Below are positions 9,402 to 18,590 of a stretch of DNA of 64,000 nt, in pieces; the first letter of the stretch is position 1; each line of letters opens with the position of its first letter. This DNA is from an uncultured Pseudomonadota bacterium (GTDB lineage Bacteria; Oederibacteriota; Muellerivitia; Muellerivitales; Muellerivitaceae): positions 672,001 through 736,000 of the forward strand of contig CAWIIP010000002.1 of NCBI GenBank assembly GCA_963836235.1, read 5' to 3'. Below the pieces are notes generated by a model. The model worked only from the letters and a program-made list of their open reading frames with translations. It made no database searches and had not been told where the DNA came from. The translations under genes and the position numbers were made by a program.

Positions 9402-10652
9402 CTACGTTTGTCGTTTAAGCCAAAGAATGGGATCTTGCGGTATGCCGTTCTTTCGGATTTCGAAATAAAGACTGGTTCCCACCAGGGACCCTGTGTCCCC
9501 AACGGTTCCAAGGATTTCTCCCGCCAAAACCGTTTGGCCTTCCGTCACATTCAATTCGGCGGCTTGGGCGTAGAGAGAATAATACCCCTCCCCATGGTCT
9601 AAAATCACTAGTTTTCCATAACCCTTGAACCAATCGGCGAAACGCACCTTGCCGTCCGCCACAGCCTTAAAAGGCGTTCCTTCGGGGGCCTGGATCTGAA
9701 TACCGGTGTTATCCACCACTTCTTTAAATTGAGCGTTCTTGGACTTTCCGAAGAATTGGATGATCGTTCCCGAAACGGGCCAGGGAATTTTCCCGCGTTT
9801 TATTTTCAATCCCGTTCCAGCCGAAACCCAGGCCACCTGGGATTTTCTGGCTTCTTCGGCTTGCTTCAAAAACGAGGAAACTTTCTCTTGTAAGTTTTGA
9901 GCCGCCTGGCTCAACTCCTCAATCTTCTTTTCCTGCTCTACCTTTTGACGTTGAATCCTATCCAAAGAGATCGTCCGATTTTTATGCTTTTGGGAATAGT
10001 TGGCTTCTTGCCTCCCCAAAATCGACAAAAGTCTTTCTTTTCGCCGTTCCTCCTGGTTCCATTCGTCCGATTTCCGCTCAAATTGCTCTTCACTCTTGTA
10101 GGTCTGGGAAAGGAGCTTTTCATTGCCATGGGCAAGGATCATTTCAAATTTGAGTTTCCTCGCCAAGTCTCCGAAACTTTCCGAATCCAGGATTCCCCCC
10201 AAGAAAGGCTGTCGGAAAGACATTCGATAGAGGTCCTGGAGGCGTTGTTTTAACAATTGGCGGCTCTGGGCCAAGTCTTGTTGGTTCTCGGCTATATCGC
10301 TTCGCAACTCATCCAGACGGACGCGGGTTTCCTTCAAATCCTCTTCATTCGCTTCCTTTTCACGTCTCAAATTCCCGAGCTTCCGGTCCACTTGTCGAAG
10401 CTGGCCAAGAACTTTTTTTTCTTTCACATCCGCCAGTCGTTTTTGCTTCTTTTGCTCGGCTATTTTTTTCTCGATAACAGCCAAGTCTTTTTTGTTTTTG
10501 TGAAGGTCTGTCTTGATCTGTCCCGCATCGGATGCGGGAGTGTTTAAAGTTTCTTGGCACAAGGCGGGCATAACAACCAGGAATAATACCGCGAAAACGA
10601 AGGCAACCCGAAAGTTCTGGGTTCCTAGCTTTAAGTTCTCAGTTATCGACAT
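9402..10652 (-). CDS. envC: Murein hydrolase activator EnvC-like (coiled coil plus degenerate M23 domain)
   Basis: Long coiled coil, WPVSG, NTGIQI, GYGKLVILDH, LYFEIR; downstream of ftsEX; start uncertain. Confidence 0.88.
   Translation of the reverse strand: MSITENLKLGTQNFRVAFVFAVLFLVVMPALCQETLNTPASDAGQIKTDLHKNKKDLAVIEKKIAEQKKQKRLADVKEKKVLGQLRQVDRKLGNLRREKEANEEDLKETRVRLDELRSDIAENQQDLAQSRQLLKQRLQDLYRMSFRQPFLGGILDSESFGDLARKLKFEMILAHGNEKLLSQTYKSEEQFERKSDEWNQEERRKERLLSILGRQEANYSQKHKNRTISLDRIQRQKVEQEKKIEELSQAAQNLQEKVSSFLKQAEEARKSQVAWVSAGTGLKIKRGKIPWPVSGTIIQFFGKSKNAQFKEVVDNTGIQIQAPEGTPFKAVADGKVRFADWFKGYGKLVILDHGEGYYSLYAQAAELNVTEGQTVLAGEILGTVGDTGSLVGTSLYFEIRKNGIPQDPILWLKRQT
10613..10647. repeat. 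Degenerate 7-nt tandem repeat
   Basis: AGTTCTG GGTTCCT AGCTTTA AGTTCTC AGTTATC. Confidence 0.45.
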
Positions 10653-10712
10653 TTTCACTTCGTGAAGATCTTCGGAAATTTAATACTAAAAACTTAAAGC
10701 TTAAACATTTTC

Positions 10713-11612
10713 TCATCGGAGTTCTTTCACCCATTTTTTTCGCAGGGCTAAAAAAGCGCCCAGAAAACCCAGGATCATTCCCAAAAAAACCAGGGTCAGA
10801 TAAAGACTTCCCCATTCCGTCGCGGCGGAATTGATCAAAATGTCAAGACCCCCATATTTTTGAAGGGCCATTCCAGCCCAATGGCGAACGGCTTCGAAAA
10901 AGAACACAACGATCAGGGCACCGAGGAATCCCTGGAAAACTCCTTCCCATAAATAAGGTCCCGCCCTCATCCAAGTTGGGGCTCCCATTCGCGCCATCAG
11001 AATAAAATCCTCCCGGCGGGCCCAAAGGGCTAAGGTTAAGGTATTAGAAACAATGAAAAGTGCCGTTAAAAAAACGAAACCACCGAGGATGAAACCGCCC
11101 CATTGCACCAATCGTGTGAGATTGGTGACCGTTTCCCACTCATTTTTGCCGTAGTCCACTTCCTCGATTCGGGGGTCTTGTTTCAATTTTTCAACCATAT
11201 CCTCCAGTTTTTCTGAAGGATCATTTCGAAGGATGACCGTAAAAGAGTCCGTTAAGGGATTCTCACCTAAAGCTTGGAGCATCTGGTCGATTTCCGGGTC
11301 TTTTCGAAAATCCTGGACCGCTTCCTCTTTGGTCACGAGCCGGACAGACGCCACCCGGGAGTCGGATAATAAAAGTTCCTGTATTCTTTTACGATCGGAA
11401 TCGTCGGAAGCGGGCGTGAGGAAGACCGCCATTTGAAACTTTTCCCGAGCCGAACCCAGGGCCTGATCAAGTACTCTGGAAATTCCCAGAAAAAGGGAAA
11501 GCTGAAGCAGGGTGGAGGCCACGATCACCACCACTGCGATGGAAAGGCCGCGGGTCCTAAAAAGCTGCAAAAACCCTTCTTTAATAACAAAGAAAAAACG
11601 GGAAAGGTTCAC
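10713..11612 (-). CDS. ftsX: Cell division permease FtsX
   Basis: 4-TM layout, ENPL, VSNT...RREDF..M..MGA....I/M..PYLWEG. Confidence 0.9.
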   Translation of the reverse strand: MNLSRFFFVIKEGFLQLFRTRGLSIAVVVIVASTLLQLSLFLGISRVLDQALGSAREKFQMAVFLTPASDDSDRKRIQELLLSDSRVASVRLVTKEEAVQDFRKDPEIDQMLQALGENPLTDSFTVILRNDPSEKLEDMVEKLKQDPRIEEVDYGKNEWETVTNLTRLVQWGGFILGGFVFLTALFIVSNTLTLALWARREDFILMARMGAPTWMRAGPYLWEGVFQGFLGALIVVFFFEAVRHWAGMALQKYGGLDILINSAATEWGSLYLTLVFLGMILGFLGAFLALRKKWVKELR

Positions 11613-12304
11613 GGGGCCACTTCTTCCATAGGATAGAGTTTACCTTGGTCCAACTTCATCCATTGAATATGGGCTTCGGCTCCCGATTTTTTCGTTTCCT
11701 GCAAAAAAGACGTTTGCTGGGTGGATAGCACGATTGTGCTTCCGGACTTGTTCAATTCCAAGAAAAAGTGGAACAACAAGGAGGTGGCCTTACCATCCAA
11801 GCCTTGAAAGGGATCATCCGCTAAAAGCAACCGGGGTCGGAAAATCATGGCTCTAAGGGCCAAAACAATCCTTAGCTCGCCGGAGGAAAGATCCGCCGGC
11901 CTGGATTGCGCCTTTCCTTCCAACCCAGCCCTTGAAAGTAGTTTGATAATGGCTTCTTTTTCCCCTTCACCCGAAGCTTCCTTGACTTGGAGGATGAAAT
12001 GAAAGTTTTCATAAACGGTTTTATCGGAGAAAAGCTTCAGGTCGGGAAAAATCATGCCTACTTCGGAAAGCCATTGGCGTTTCTCCAAATCCGAAAGGCC
12101 GTAAATATCCTGATGATCGATCCTTAAAACACCCGAAGTGGGTTTTTCCTCGCCACCCAATATTTTGAGAAAAGTGCTTTTGCCGGTTCGGCTTTCGCCG
12201 ATGACAGCCATGAAGGACCCTTGAGAAGCGGAAAAATAAGCGTCATCGAGGACCTTGACGCCCGAGGAGTGGACCTTGGTCAGGTGGAAAGCTTGAATCA
12301 TCAT
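11609..12304 (-). CDS. ftsE: Cell division ATP-binding protein FtsE with degenerate catalytic motifs
   Basis: ABC fold, GESRTGKST, coupled to ftsX; Q-loop FPD, signature LSSGE, Walker B LLADDP, switch STQQ. Confidence 0.85.
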   Translation of the reverse strand: MMIQAFHLTKVHSSGVKVLDDAYFSASQGSFMAVIGESRTGKSTFLKILGGEEKPTSGVLRIDHQDIYGLSDLEKRQWLSEVGMIFPDLKLFSDKTVYENFHFILQVKEASGEGEKEAIIKLLSRAGLEGKAQSRPADLSSGELRIVLALRAMIFRPRLLLADDPFQGLDGKATSLLFHFFLELNKSGSTIVLSTQQTSFLQETKKSGAEAHIQWMKLDQGKLYPMEEVAP

Positions 12305-12305
12305 G

Positions 12306-12388
12306 TGCCGATTCTCCATTAAAACAAAAATACTGAAATCGGTACTATACCGACTTTTCCAATCGCCTAATGGAAAGTCGGCATGTAC
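12306..12388 (-). promoter_or_regulatory. Structured ftsE 5' leader with four related arms
   Basis: Four CCGA(C/T)TT-core copies in alternating orientation; the last contains the GGAG RBS. Confidence 0.5.
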
Positions 12389-12391
12389 TTT

Positions 12392-12420
12392 AAATTAAGG
12401 CAGGAGGCCCTGAACCGCAA
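12392..12420 (-). promoter_or_regulatory. Putative sigma70 promoter for ftsEX-envC
   Basis: TTGCGG-N17-TAATTT. Confidence 0.4.
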
Positions 12421-12430
12421 GGGAAATTGG

Positions 12431-13627
12431 CTAGTCTTTCAGGTGCCTTTCTTCGATCCGGGAAAACAACGACAACAATACCAAGCAGGCTCCTAAAACT
12501 ATCGCCGTATTTTGGAGTGACCCGAATGTTAAACCCAAACCCACCGTCAGCATGGATAAAAAAATGGCGAAAGTCCGGATCATCGAGGAGGTCGAAAGAA
12601 CCGTTGCCCTTTTATCCGAAGGGGTATATTTATTCATATAAGAACTAAATAGCGGCAACCGAGAAAGTCCGAAGGTGAACACCAACACAATGGCCGGAAT
12701 CACCAGCCACAAAGATTGAGCCCATCCCAATATAAGGTACCCAATGCCGGTGAGGATGCCTCCGGCGGTCAGCAATCCCCTTTTCGATCCAAACAATCGT
12801 TCCAAAAAACCGACGTGGGAAAGAACCAGGATTTGGCCAATGATGGACAAGGCCTGCACGGCCCCAAAATATTTTAAAGCAAGGCCGCTTTGCTGTAACA
12901 AGGGTTGGTTGAGCCAAATGATGCACCAAGCCAAAGCGTTGACGATAGCCGCTTCCAAGGTGAGAAGCCAAAGGACTTTGTGTCCCATGAAAAACCGGAC
13001 ACCATCCCTAAAAATGGTCCCATAGGAAACTCGCTTGCGTTTTTGGTTCCGCGCCCTCGGTTCTTTGATCCAAACAACAATGAAAAAAGAAAGAAAAATG
13101 GCGATGCCGGTAACCTTTAAAGGAGCGGTCAATCCCCATTGATCGGCGATAAACCCGCCGGTTAGGGAAGCGAATAAAATCCCTCCCAATTTAAACGACT
13201 CCATGCGGGATAATATTCTTTTGGAATCCTTCTGCTTTCCCATTACCTTCAGACTGTCATAAGCCAGAGCTTCATCGGCTCCGGATTGAAAAGTAAAAGC
13301 CAAGGCGAAAACAGCCTCTGCCACCAAGAAAACAGTTAAAAGCGGACGGCTGGTATAAAGAAACGCTGCGCTTCCTCCCAGAATCGATCCCAGAGCCAGC
13401 GAAGCCTTTCGACCCAGAAAATCCGCCGCGGCTCCTGTCGGCACTTCAAAAATAAAATTACAGAAAAAAAACCAGGCATTGAGGTAAAAAACCTGGGAAA
13501 GTTTCAATCCACCCCATTGGGTGAAGAAAGGTACGAGCACAGGCCCAAAAAAATGCATCCAAAAAAGCATTCGAATGCCGTTAAGTTTCCAAATATTGGA
13601 AGAAAAGGAAGCGCCGTTTTTATTCAT
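12431..13627 (-). CDS. MFS transporter
   Basis: About 12 TM segments, FEVPTGAAADFLGRK, SGADEALAYDSL, RATVLS. Confidence 0.9.
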   Translation of the reverse strand: MNKNGASFSSNIWKLNGIRMLFWMHFFGPVLVPFFTQWGGLKLSQVFYLNAWFFFCNFIFEVPTGAAADFLGRKASLALGSILGGSAAFLYTSRPLLTVFLVAEAVFALAFTFQSGADEALAYDSLKVMGKQKDSKRILSRMESFKLGGILFASLTGGFIADQWGLTAPLKVTGIAIFLSFFIVVWIKEPRARNQKRKRVSYGTIFRDGVRFFMGHKVLWLLTLEAAIVNALAWCIIWLNQPLLQQSGLALKYFGAVQALSIIGQILVLSHVGFLERLFGSKRGLLTAGGILTGIGYLILGWAQSLWLVIPAIVLVFTFGLSRLPLFSSYMNKYTPSDKRATVLSTSSMIRTFAIFLSMLTVGLGLTFGSLQNTAIVLGACLVLLSLFSRIEERHLKD

Positions 13628-14634
13628 GAAGCTGGTTTGGAATATCGCTTAGCCCTGCGGATTCTCTTGGCTTCATTGACGTTCTTTTGGTGTTCTTCAA
13701 ATGTTGTAGCGAATAGTTGGGAACCGTCTCCCTTGGCTACATAGTAAAGGTAAGGCACATCCGCCGGATCAAGCACTGCTTGGATAGAGGCCAATCCCGG
13801 ATTACAAATGGGCGTGGGTGGCAAGCCCCTGTGCTGGTAGGTGTTATAAGGCGATTGAGTATTAAGCTGGTCGTTGGTAAGCCATGCCCTTTTATTTTCC
13901 AGGACATAATTCAATGTGGCATTGACTTCAAGGCGCATTTTTTTATGGAGCCGGTTATACAGTATGCCAGCCACAATGGGCCTTTCATCTGCCTTTTGGG
14001 CCTCCCTTTCAACGATAGAGGCCAAGATGACCGCTTGATAGGGGGTCAGCCCCCTCTGGCGGCAACGGTCCTCAAAATCGCTTCCGACCGAATCAAAAAA
14101 TTGCCGCACCATCAGTTCCATCAGGTCCTGGGCGCTGGCTCCAACCGGAACCCGATAAGTTTCGGGAAAAAGGAACCCTTCCGCGCTTGGTCCCGGGATT
14201 CCCAAACTCTTCAAGGCTTGTTTGTCCTCAGCCGTTTTCATGAAATCTTCAACTGTCATCACCTTCATTTTTTCCAACTCCTGGGCAATCTGGACAGCCG
14301 TATAACCCTCCGGCACTTTCAGGGCCAGAAGTTCGCTTTTCCCTTCCGAGAGAGTCGTCAAGACATCCCATAAGCTCATGCCTGGATTTAAACGGTACAA
14401 ACCCGCTTTTAGTTTTCGGTCAGCATGGGTGAGCTTTGCCAAAACCTTAAAAGGGAGGACAAAATGAAGGATCCCCCTTTCTTTCAAGCTTCGGGCGATC
14501 TCACGGGCGGTGGTTTTGGAATAGACGGGCACATCGACATCCTGTCCGGAAAAGAAAAAAGTGGGGATAAAAATAAAGACGGAAAAAACAAAAATGGTTA
14601 AAAAAAAGTAGCCGTAAATTTTAAGGATTTTCAT
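13624..14634 (-). CDS. mltG: Endolytic transglycosylase
   Basis: EGFLFPETY, LASIVERE, SPYNTY, GLPPTPICNPG. Confidence 0.95.
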   Translation of the reverse strand: MKILKIYGYFFLTIFVFSVFIFIPTFFFSGQDVDVPVYSKTTAREIARSLKERGILHFVLPFKVLAKLTHADRKLKAGLYRLNPGMSLWDVLTTLSEGKSELLALKVPEGYTAVQIAQELEKMKVMTVEDFMKTAEDKQALKSLGIPGPSAEGFLFPETYRVPVGASAQDLMELMVRQFFDSVGSDFEDRCRQRGLTPYQAVILASIVEREAQKADERPIVAGILYNRLHKKMRLEVNATLNYVLENKRAWLTNDQLNTQSPYNTYQHRGLPPTPICNPGLASIQAVLDPADVPYLYYVAKGDGSQLFATTFEEHQKNVNEAKRIRRAKRYSKPAS

Positions 14635-15065
14635 GGTTTTTCCACCGGTATCAAACGGGCCCCCTCAAGGGCCGACTGGAGTATGAGGGCCGCCGCCACT
14701 TTATCAATTTTTTGGCGCCGGTCTTCCCTTCGGACATTTCCTTCGATCATCAGGCGTTCGGCTTGCTTGCTGGTCAAACGCTCGTCCACGTAATAAACCG
14801 GCACACTTAAGCGTTTTAAAAGTTTCTCGGTGAAATCCCTGACTTTTTGGGTTGTAGAGCTTTCGGTCCCGTCCATATTAAACGGGAGGCCCACAATAAC
14901 CTGAGTCACTTCATGCTCATTGACTAATTTTCCGATAGCGATGATGTCTTGTTGGGTTCCGGCGGACTTTAAGACGAGAAGGGGTTGAGCGATGAGCCCC
15001 AGGGAGTCGGATAACGCGACCCCAATCCTTACCTTCCCGAGGTCTAAGGACAGCCAGCGTTTCAA
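14631..15065 (-). CDS. ruvX: Pre-16S rRNA nuclease YqgF/RuvX
   Basis: LDLGKVRIGVA, VGLP, DERLTS, IDKVAAALILQ. Confidence 0.95.
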   Translation of the reverse strand: MKRWLSLDLGKVRIGVALSDSLGLIAQPLLVLKSAGTQQDIIAIGKLVNEHEVTQVIVGLPFNMDGTESSTTQKVRDFTEKLLKRLSVPVYYVDERLTSKQAERLMIEGNVRREDRRQKIDKVAAALILQSALEGARLIPVEKP

Positions 15066-17734
15066 GGAATCGCCTTCTCCACGATCTGCGGAACTTGCCG
15101 GAGCGCCTCATCCACTTTGGAAGCGTCCTTGCCGCCCGCCTGGGCTAAATCAGGCCGGCCCCCGCCGCCACCACCCGTGATCTTGGCCACTTCCTTTACG
15201 ATATCCCCGGCCTTCAACTTTCCCGTCAGGTCTTTGGTGACCCCCGCGATGAAGGTAATTTGATTTGGTTTGCCGCTGCCCAGGACAATGACACCGCTTC
15301 CCATCTTGGACTTCAGCGTGTCAATCAATTGGCGCATGCCCTCCGGGTCCAATTCGTCGGTTCGGGCGACGACCAAAGACACTCCCTTAACGTCCTTTTT
15401 CTGACCCAGGACTTCATCCACCAGGCTCCCGGCCAGCTTGGACTTGAGGGAGGAAAGTTCTTTTTCTTTTGCCTTCATTTCATCCAATAAAGCCTGGACC
15501 TTATTTTTCAATTCGTTGTTGGAACTTTTTAAAAGTTGGCTGACTTCCTTGAGGGTTTCCTCCTCTTGATGAACCTTGGATAAGGAACCTTCACCTGTCA
15601 CCGCCTCAATGCGCCGGACACCGGCGGCCACCGAGGATTCGCTTTCGATCTTGAACAGGCCGATGTCGCCCGTGCGGTTCACATGGGTCCCGCCGCAAAG
15701 CTCGGTCGAGAAACCGGGCACGTCGACGACCCGCACCCTTTCGCCGTATTTCTCGCTGAAGAAAGCAAGGGCTCCTTTTTTCTTAGCTTCATCGAACGAC
15801 ATTTCCTGCTTGGAAAGTTCTATGTTGTCCAGAATACGCTGATTGACCATAGTCTCAATCCGGCGCAATTGCTCGGGCTTAAGCCCTTCAAAGTGGGTAA
15901 AGTCGAACCGAAGCCGGTCCGGGCCCACATAACTTCCCGCCTGGCCCACGTGACTCCCTAAAACCAGTCGAAGGGCCGCGTGCAACAAGTGGGTGGCCGT
16001 ATGGTTGCGCATGGTAGCCCGTCGCACGCTTTCCTCCACCGTCGCCTCGACCTTTTGGCCCATCGTCAAATGGCCGCGTTTCATGAAGGACCAATGGCCA
16101 ACCAGCGTATCGGCCACCATTTGGGTATCCAGCACATCCACCCAGGAAACATTGGCTGAGTTGAAACCCTGAAGGACGCCCTTGTCCCCCACTTGTCCAC
16201 CCTTTTCCGCGTAAAAAGGCGTCTGATTCAAAATAACAAAACCATACTCACCCTCGTTGAGTTTCTCGACCGGCTCATGTTTCTTGTCCTTGACCCGAAC
16301 GATTTGAACGACCTGGCCCAGGTCCTTTGTTTTTTCATAACCCTTAAAAATGGTGGCCGGAATCTTCGCCGCCAGTTCTTTATAGAGGGGAGGGAAAACC
16401 GCGTCTCCACTGCCTTTCCATCCGGAACGGGCTTTTTCTTTTTGGCCTTCCATAGCCTTTTGAAAACCCGCCTCATCCACCGACAGGCCCTTTTCCTTGA
16501 GGATTTCCTTCGTGATATCCAAGGGAAATCCGAAGGTGTCATAAAGGGTAAAAGCTTCCTCGCCGGACAAGATTTTGATTTTGGATTTTTGAAGGCTTTC
16601 GATTTTTTCCATCAATCGTTCGGTACCGGAAGCCAGGGTTTCATAAAACCGTTCTTCCTCGGCCTTGACGACATTAACAATATGCTCTTTGCGGTCCTTC
16701 ACTTCAGGATAAATGGAACCCATAACCTTACCAACCTCCAGGGTCAGGGGCGACAGGAAAGGCTTATCAAATCCAAGCAGCTTGCCGTGACGGATGGCCC
16801 GCCGCAAAATACGCCGCAAAACATAACCCCGGCCCTCGTTGGAGGGGAGGACCCCATCGGCGATGAGGAAAGTCGTCGCCCGTAAATGGTCACTGATGAC
16901 CTTGAGAGAGGTGTAAGTCTGGGACCCATCCACTTTGAAAGGAATATTCCCCGCCTTGGCGACGGCGGTCATGAGAGGGGCGATCAAATCGGTCTCGAAG
17001 TTGGAGGGAACTTTTTGCATGATGCTGGCAACTCGCTCTAACCCCATGCCCGTGTCGATATTTGGTTTGGGAAGGGGTTTCAGGCTACCGTCTTCCTGGC
17101 GGTCGAATTGGGTAAAGACTAGGTTCCAAATTTCCAGGTACCTTCCCGCCTCCGCGTCTTCCTCAAAATTTTTCGTCTCACCTTTTTCCGGCGTCAGGTC
17201 CACATAGATTTCCGAGCAGGGACCGCAAGGGCCCGTGGGACCCATGGTCCAAAAATTGGATTCTTCTCCCATGCGAACGATACGCTCCGGCGGCAACCCG
17301 GCTGTTTTTTTCCAAAGCTCGATGGCTTCATCATCCTTCTCATAAACCGATACCCACAATCGGGCCTTATCTATCTGAAGCACTTTCGTCACGAACTCCC
17401 AACCCCATTCGATGGCTTCCTTCTTGAAGTAACCGCCAAAGGAGAAATTTCCGAGCATTTCGAAAAAGGTATGGTGCCGGGCTGTATAACCCACCCTTTC
17501 CAAATCACCGGTCCTGAAGCATTTTTGGCAGGAGACGGCGTAAGGAACCGTGTGGGGAAATGGTATGGTGCCTAGAAAATAGGACTTGAACTGGTTCATC
17601 CCGGCGTTGGACAAGAGGAGCGTGGGGTCGTTTTCGGGAACCAGGGAGGACGAGGGTACGACCTTATGGTTCTTGGACTTGAAAAAGTCCAGGTAGGCCT
17701 GCCTGATCTCGCTTCCGGTTGTGGGAACGCCCAT
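15062..17734 (-). CDS. alaS: Alanine--tRNA ligase
   Basis: NAGMNQFK, HHTFFEMLGNFS, GPCGPCSEI, NHTATH, ELCGGTH, GGGGGRP. Confidence 0.98.
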   Translation of the reverse strand: MGVPTTGSEIRQAYLDFFKSKNHKVVPSSSLVPENDPTLLLSNAGMNQFKSYFLGTIPFPHTVPYAVSCQKCFRTGDLERVGYTARHHTFFEMLGNFSFGGYFKKEAIEWGWEFVTKVLQIDKARLWVSVYEKDDEAIELWKKTAGLPPERIVRMGEESNFWTMGPTGPCGPCSEIYVDLTPEKGETKNFEEDAEAGRYLEIWNLVFTQFDRQEDGSLKPLPKPNIDTGMGLERVASIMQKVPSNFETDLIAPLMTAVAKAGNIPFKVDGSQTYTSLKVISDHLRATTFLIADGVLPSNEGRGYVLRRILRRAIRHGKLLGFDKPFLSPLTLEVGKVMGSIYPEVKDRKEHIVNVVKAEEERFYETLASGTERLMEKIESLQKSKIKILSGEEAFTLYDTFGFPLDITKEILKEKGLSVDEAGFQKAMEGQKEKARSGWKGSGDAVFPPLYKELAAKIPATIFKGYEKTKDLGQVVQIVRVKDKKHEPVEKLNEGEYGFVILNQTPFYAEKGGQVGDKGVLQGFNSANVSWVDVLDTQMVADTLVGHWSFMKRGHLTMGQKVEATVEESVRRATMRNHTATHLLHAALRLVLGSHVGQAGSYVGPDRLRFDFTHFEGLKPEQLRRIETMVNQRILDNIELSKQEMSFDEAKKKGALAFFSEKYGERVRVVDVPGFSTELCGGTHVNRTGDIGLFKIESESSVAAGVRRIEAVTGEGSLSKVHQEEETLKEVSQLLKSSNNELKNKVQALLDEMKAKEKELSSLKSKLAGSLVDEVLGQKKDVKGVSLVVARTDELDPEGMRQLIDTLKSKMGSGVIVLGSGKPNQITFIAGVTKDLTGKLKAGDIVKEVAKITGGGGGGRPDLAQAGGKDASKVDEALRQVPQIVEKAIP

Positions 17735-17745
17735 AAAATCCTCGG

Positions 17746-18261
17746 TTATTCTTGGTCGTTAAGAAGGTCGGAATTATAACTGAAAACATCCATTACGGCG
17801 AGCCGGGCCGCCTCTAAAGAATAGCCTTTGCGCGCCAGGAATTCGAAAGCCTTGCGCCGGGTATCCCCTTCTTTTTTCTCTTTTTTTCTCAAAAACCTTT
17901 GTTTTTGGCGGGAGAGTAATTCCTTGGCTTGTTCTTTTTCATCAGTAGACGGGAAAAAAAGAGCGGTTGCCTTTTCAATATCATCCGGTCGAATTTTTTT
18001 CAGATGGAGGGCCGCTTGGATCTTGCGGGGGCCCCAGTTCTGGGCTCTTTTGGAACGAACAAACCGTTCGGCAAATTCCCGGTCGTTGATGAACTTTTTG
18101 GCCTCTAATCGGGCCAAAATAGTTTCTTGAATTTCCGGAGACAGCGATCTGCGCCGGAACTTTTCTTTGAGTTCCCCGACGCTATGAGGCCTTCGGTTTA
18201 AAAGCCAAAGGGCATAGCGGAAAGCCTGGGGTTCCGAAAGAAGGGGTTTGGATTTGCGCAA
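17746..18261 (-). CDS. recX: Regulatory protein RecX
   Basis: ALWLLNRRPHS..EL..K, INDREFA, GPRKI, FLARKGY; directly upstream of alaS. Confidence 0.88.
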   Translation of the reverse strand: MRKSKPLLSEPQAFRYALWLLNRRPHSVGELKEKFRRRSLSPEIQETILARLEAKKFINDREFAERFVRSKRAQNWGPRKIQAALHLKKIRPDDIEKATALFFPSTDEKEQAKELLSRQKQRFLRKKEKKEGDTRRKAFEFLARKGYSLEAARLAVMDVFSYNSDLLNDQE

Positions 18262-18269
18262 AGGCGGAT

Positions 18270-18590
18270 TTATTGAGCGACGCTGACATTTCCCGTGGCG
18301 GGGTCATAAGCGATCCCTCCAGGAATATGGTCGATATAATTGGGCACCAAGTCCTGCAAGGTGGAGGGATAGGATTCTTTGTCTGATTTGTATTTTTCGA
18401 CCGCGCTTTTCACCACATCCAATTGGGCTCCCGCGGCGGCTGCTTGGGCTTTAACCTCGTCATTTTTCAAGGCGTTGGTATAACCGGGCAAGGTGGCCTC
18501 GGGAGGGGCTTGCTCTACTTTTCCCCAAAGAAAATAGCCAATGGCCCCGACAACCAATAACGCGATTAAAAAAACCGCCTTCCAGCTCAT
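18270..18590 (-). CDS. Small membrane-anchored pilin/pseudopilin-like protein lacking a prepilin cleavage site
   Basis: N-terminal TM; KSAVEKY..D..YPSTLQDLVPNYIDHIP..YDPATGNV resembles the head domain of the PilA in this window. Confidence 0.55.
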   Translation of the reverse strand: MSWKAVFLIALLVVGAIGYFLWGKVEQAPPEATLPGYTNALKNDEVKAQAAAAGAQLDVVKSAVEKYKSDKESYPSTLQDLVPNYIDHIPGGIAYDPATGNVSVAQ

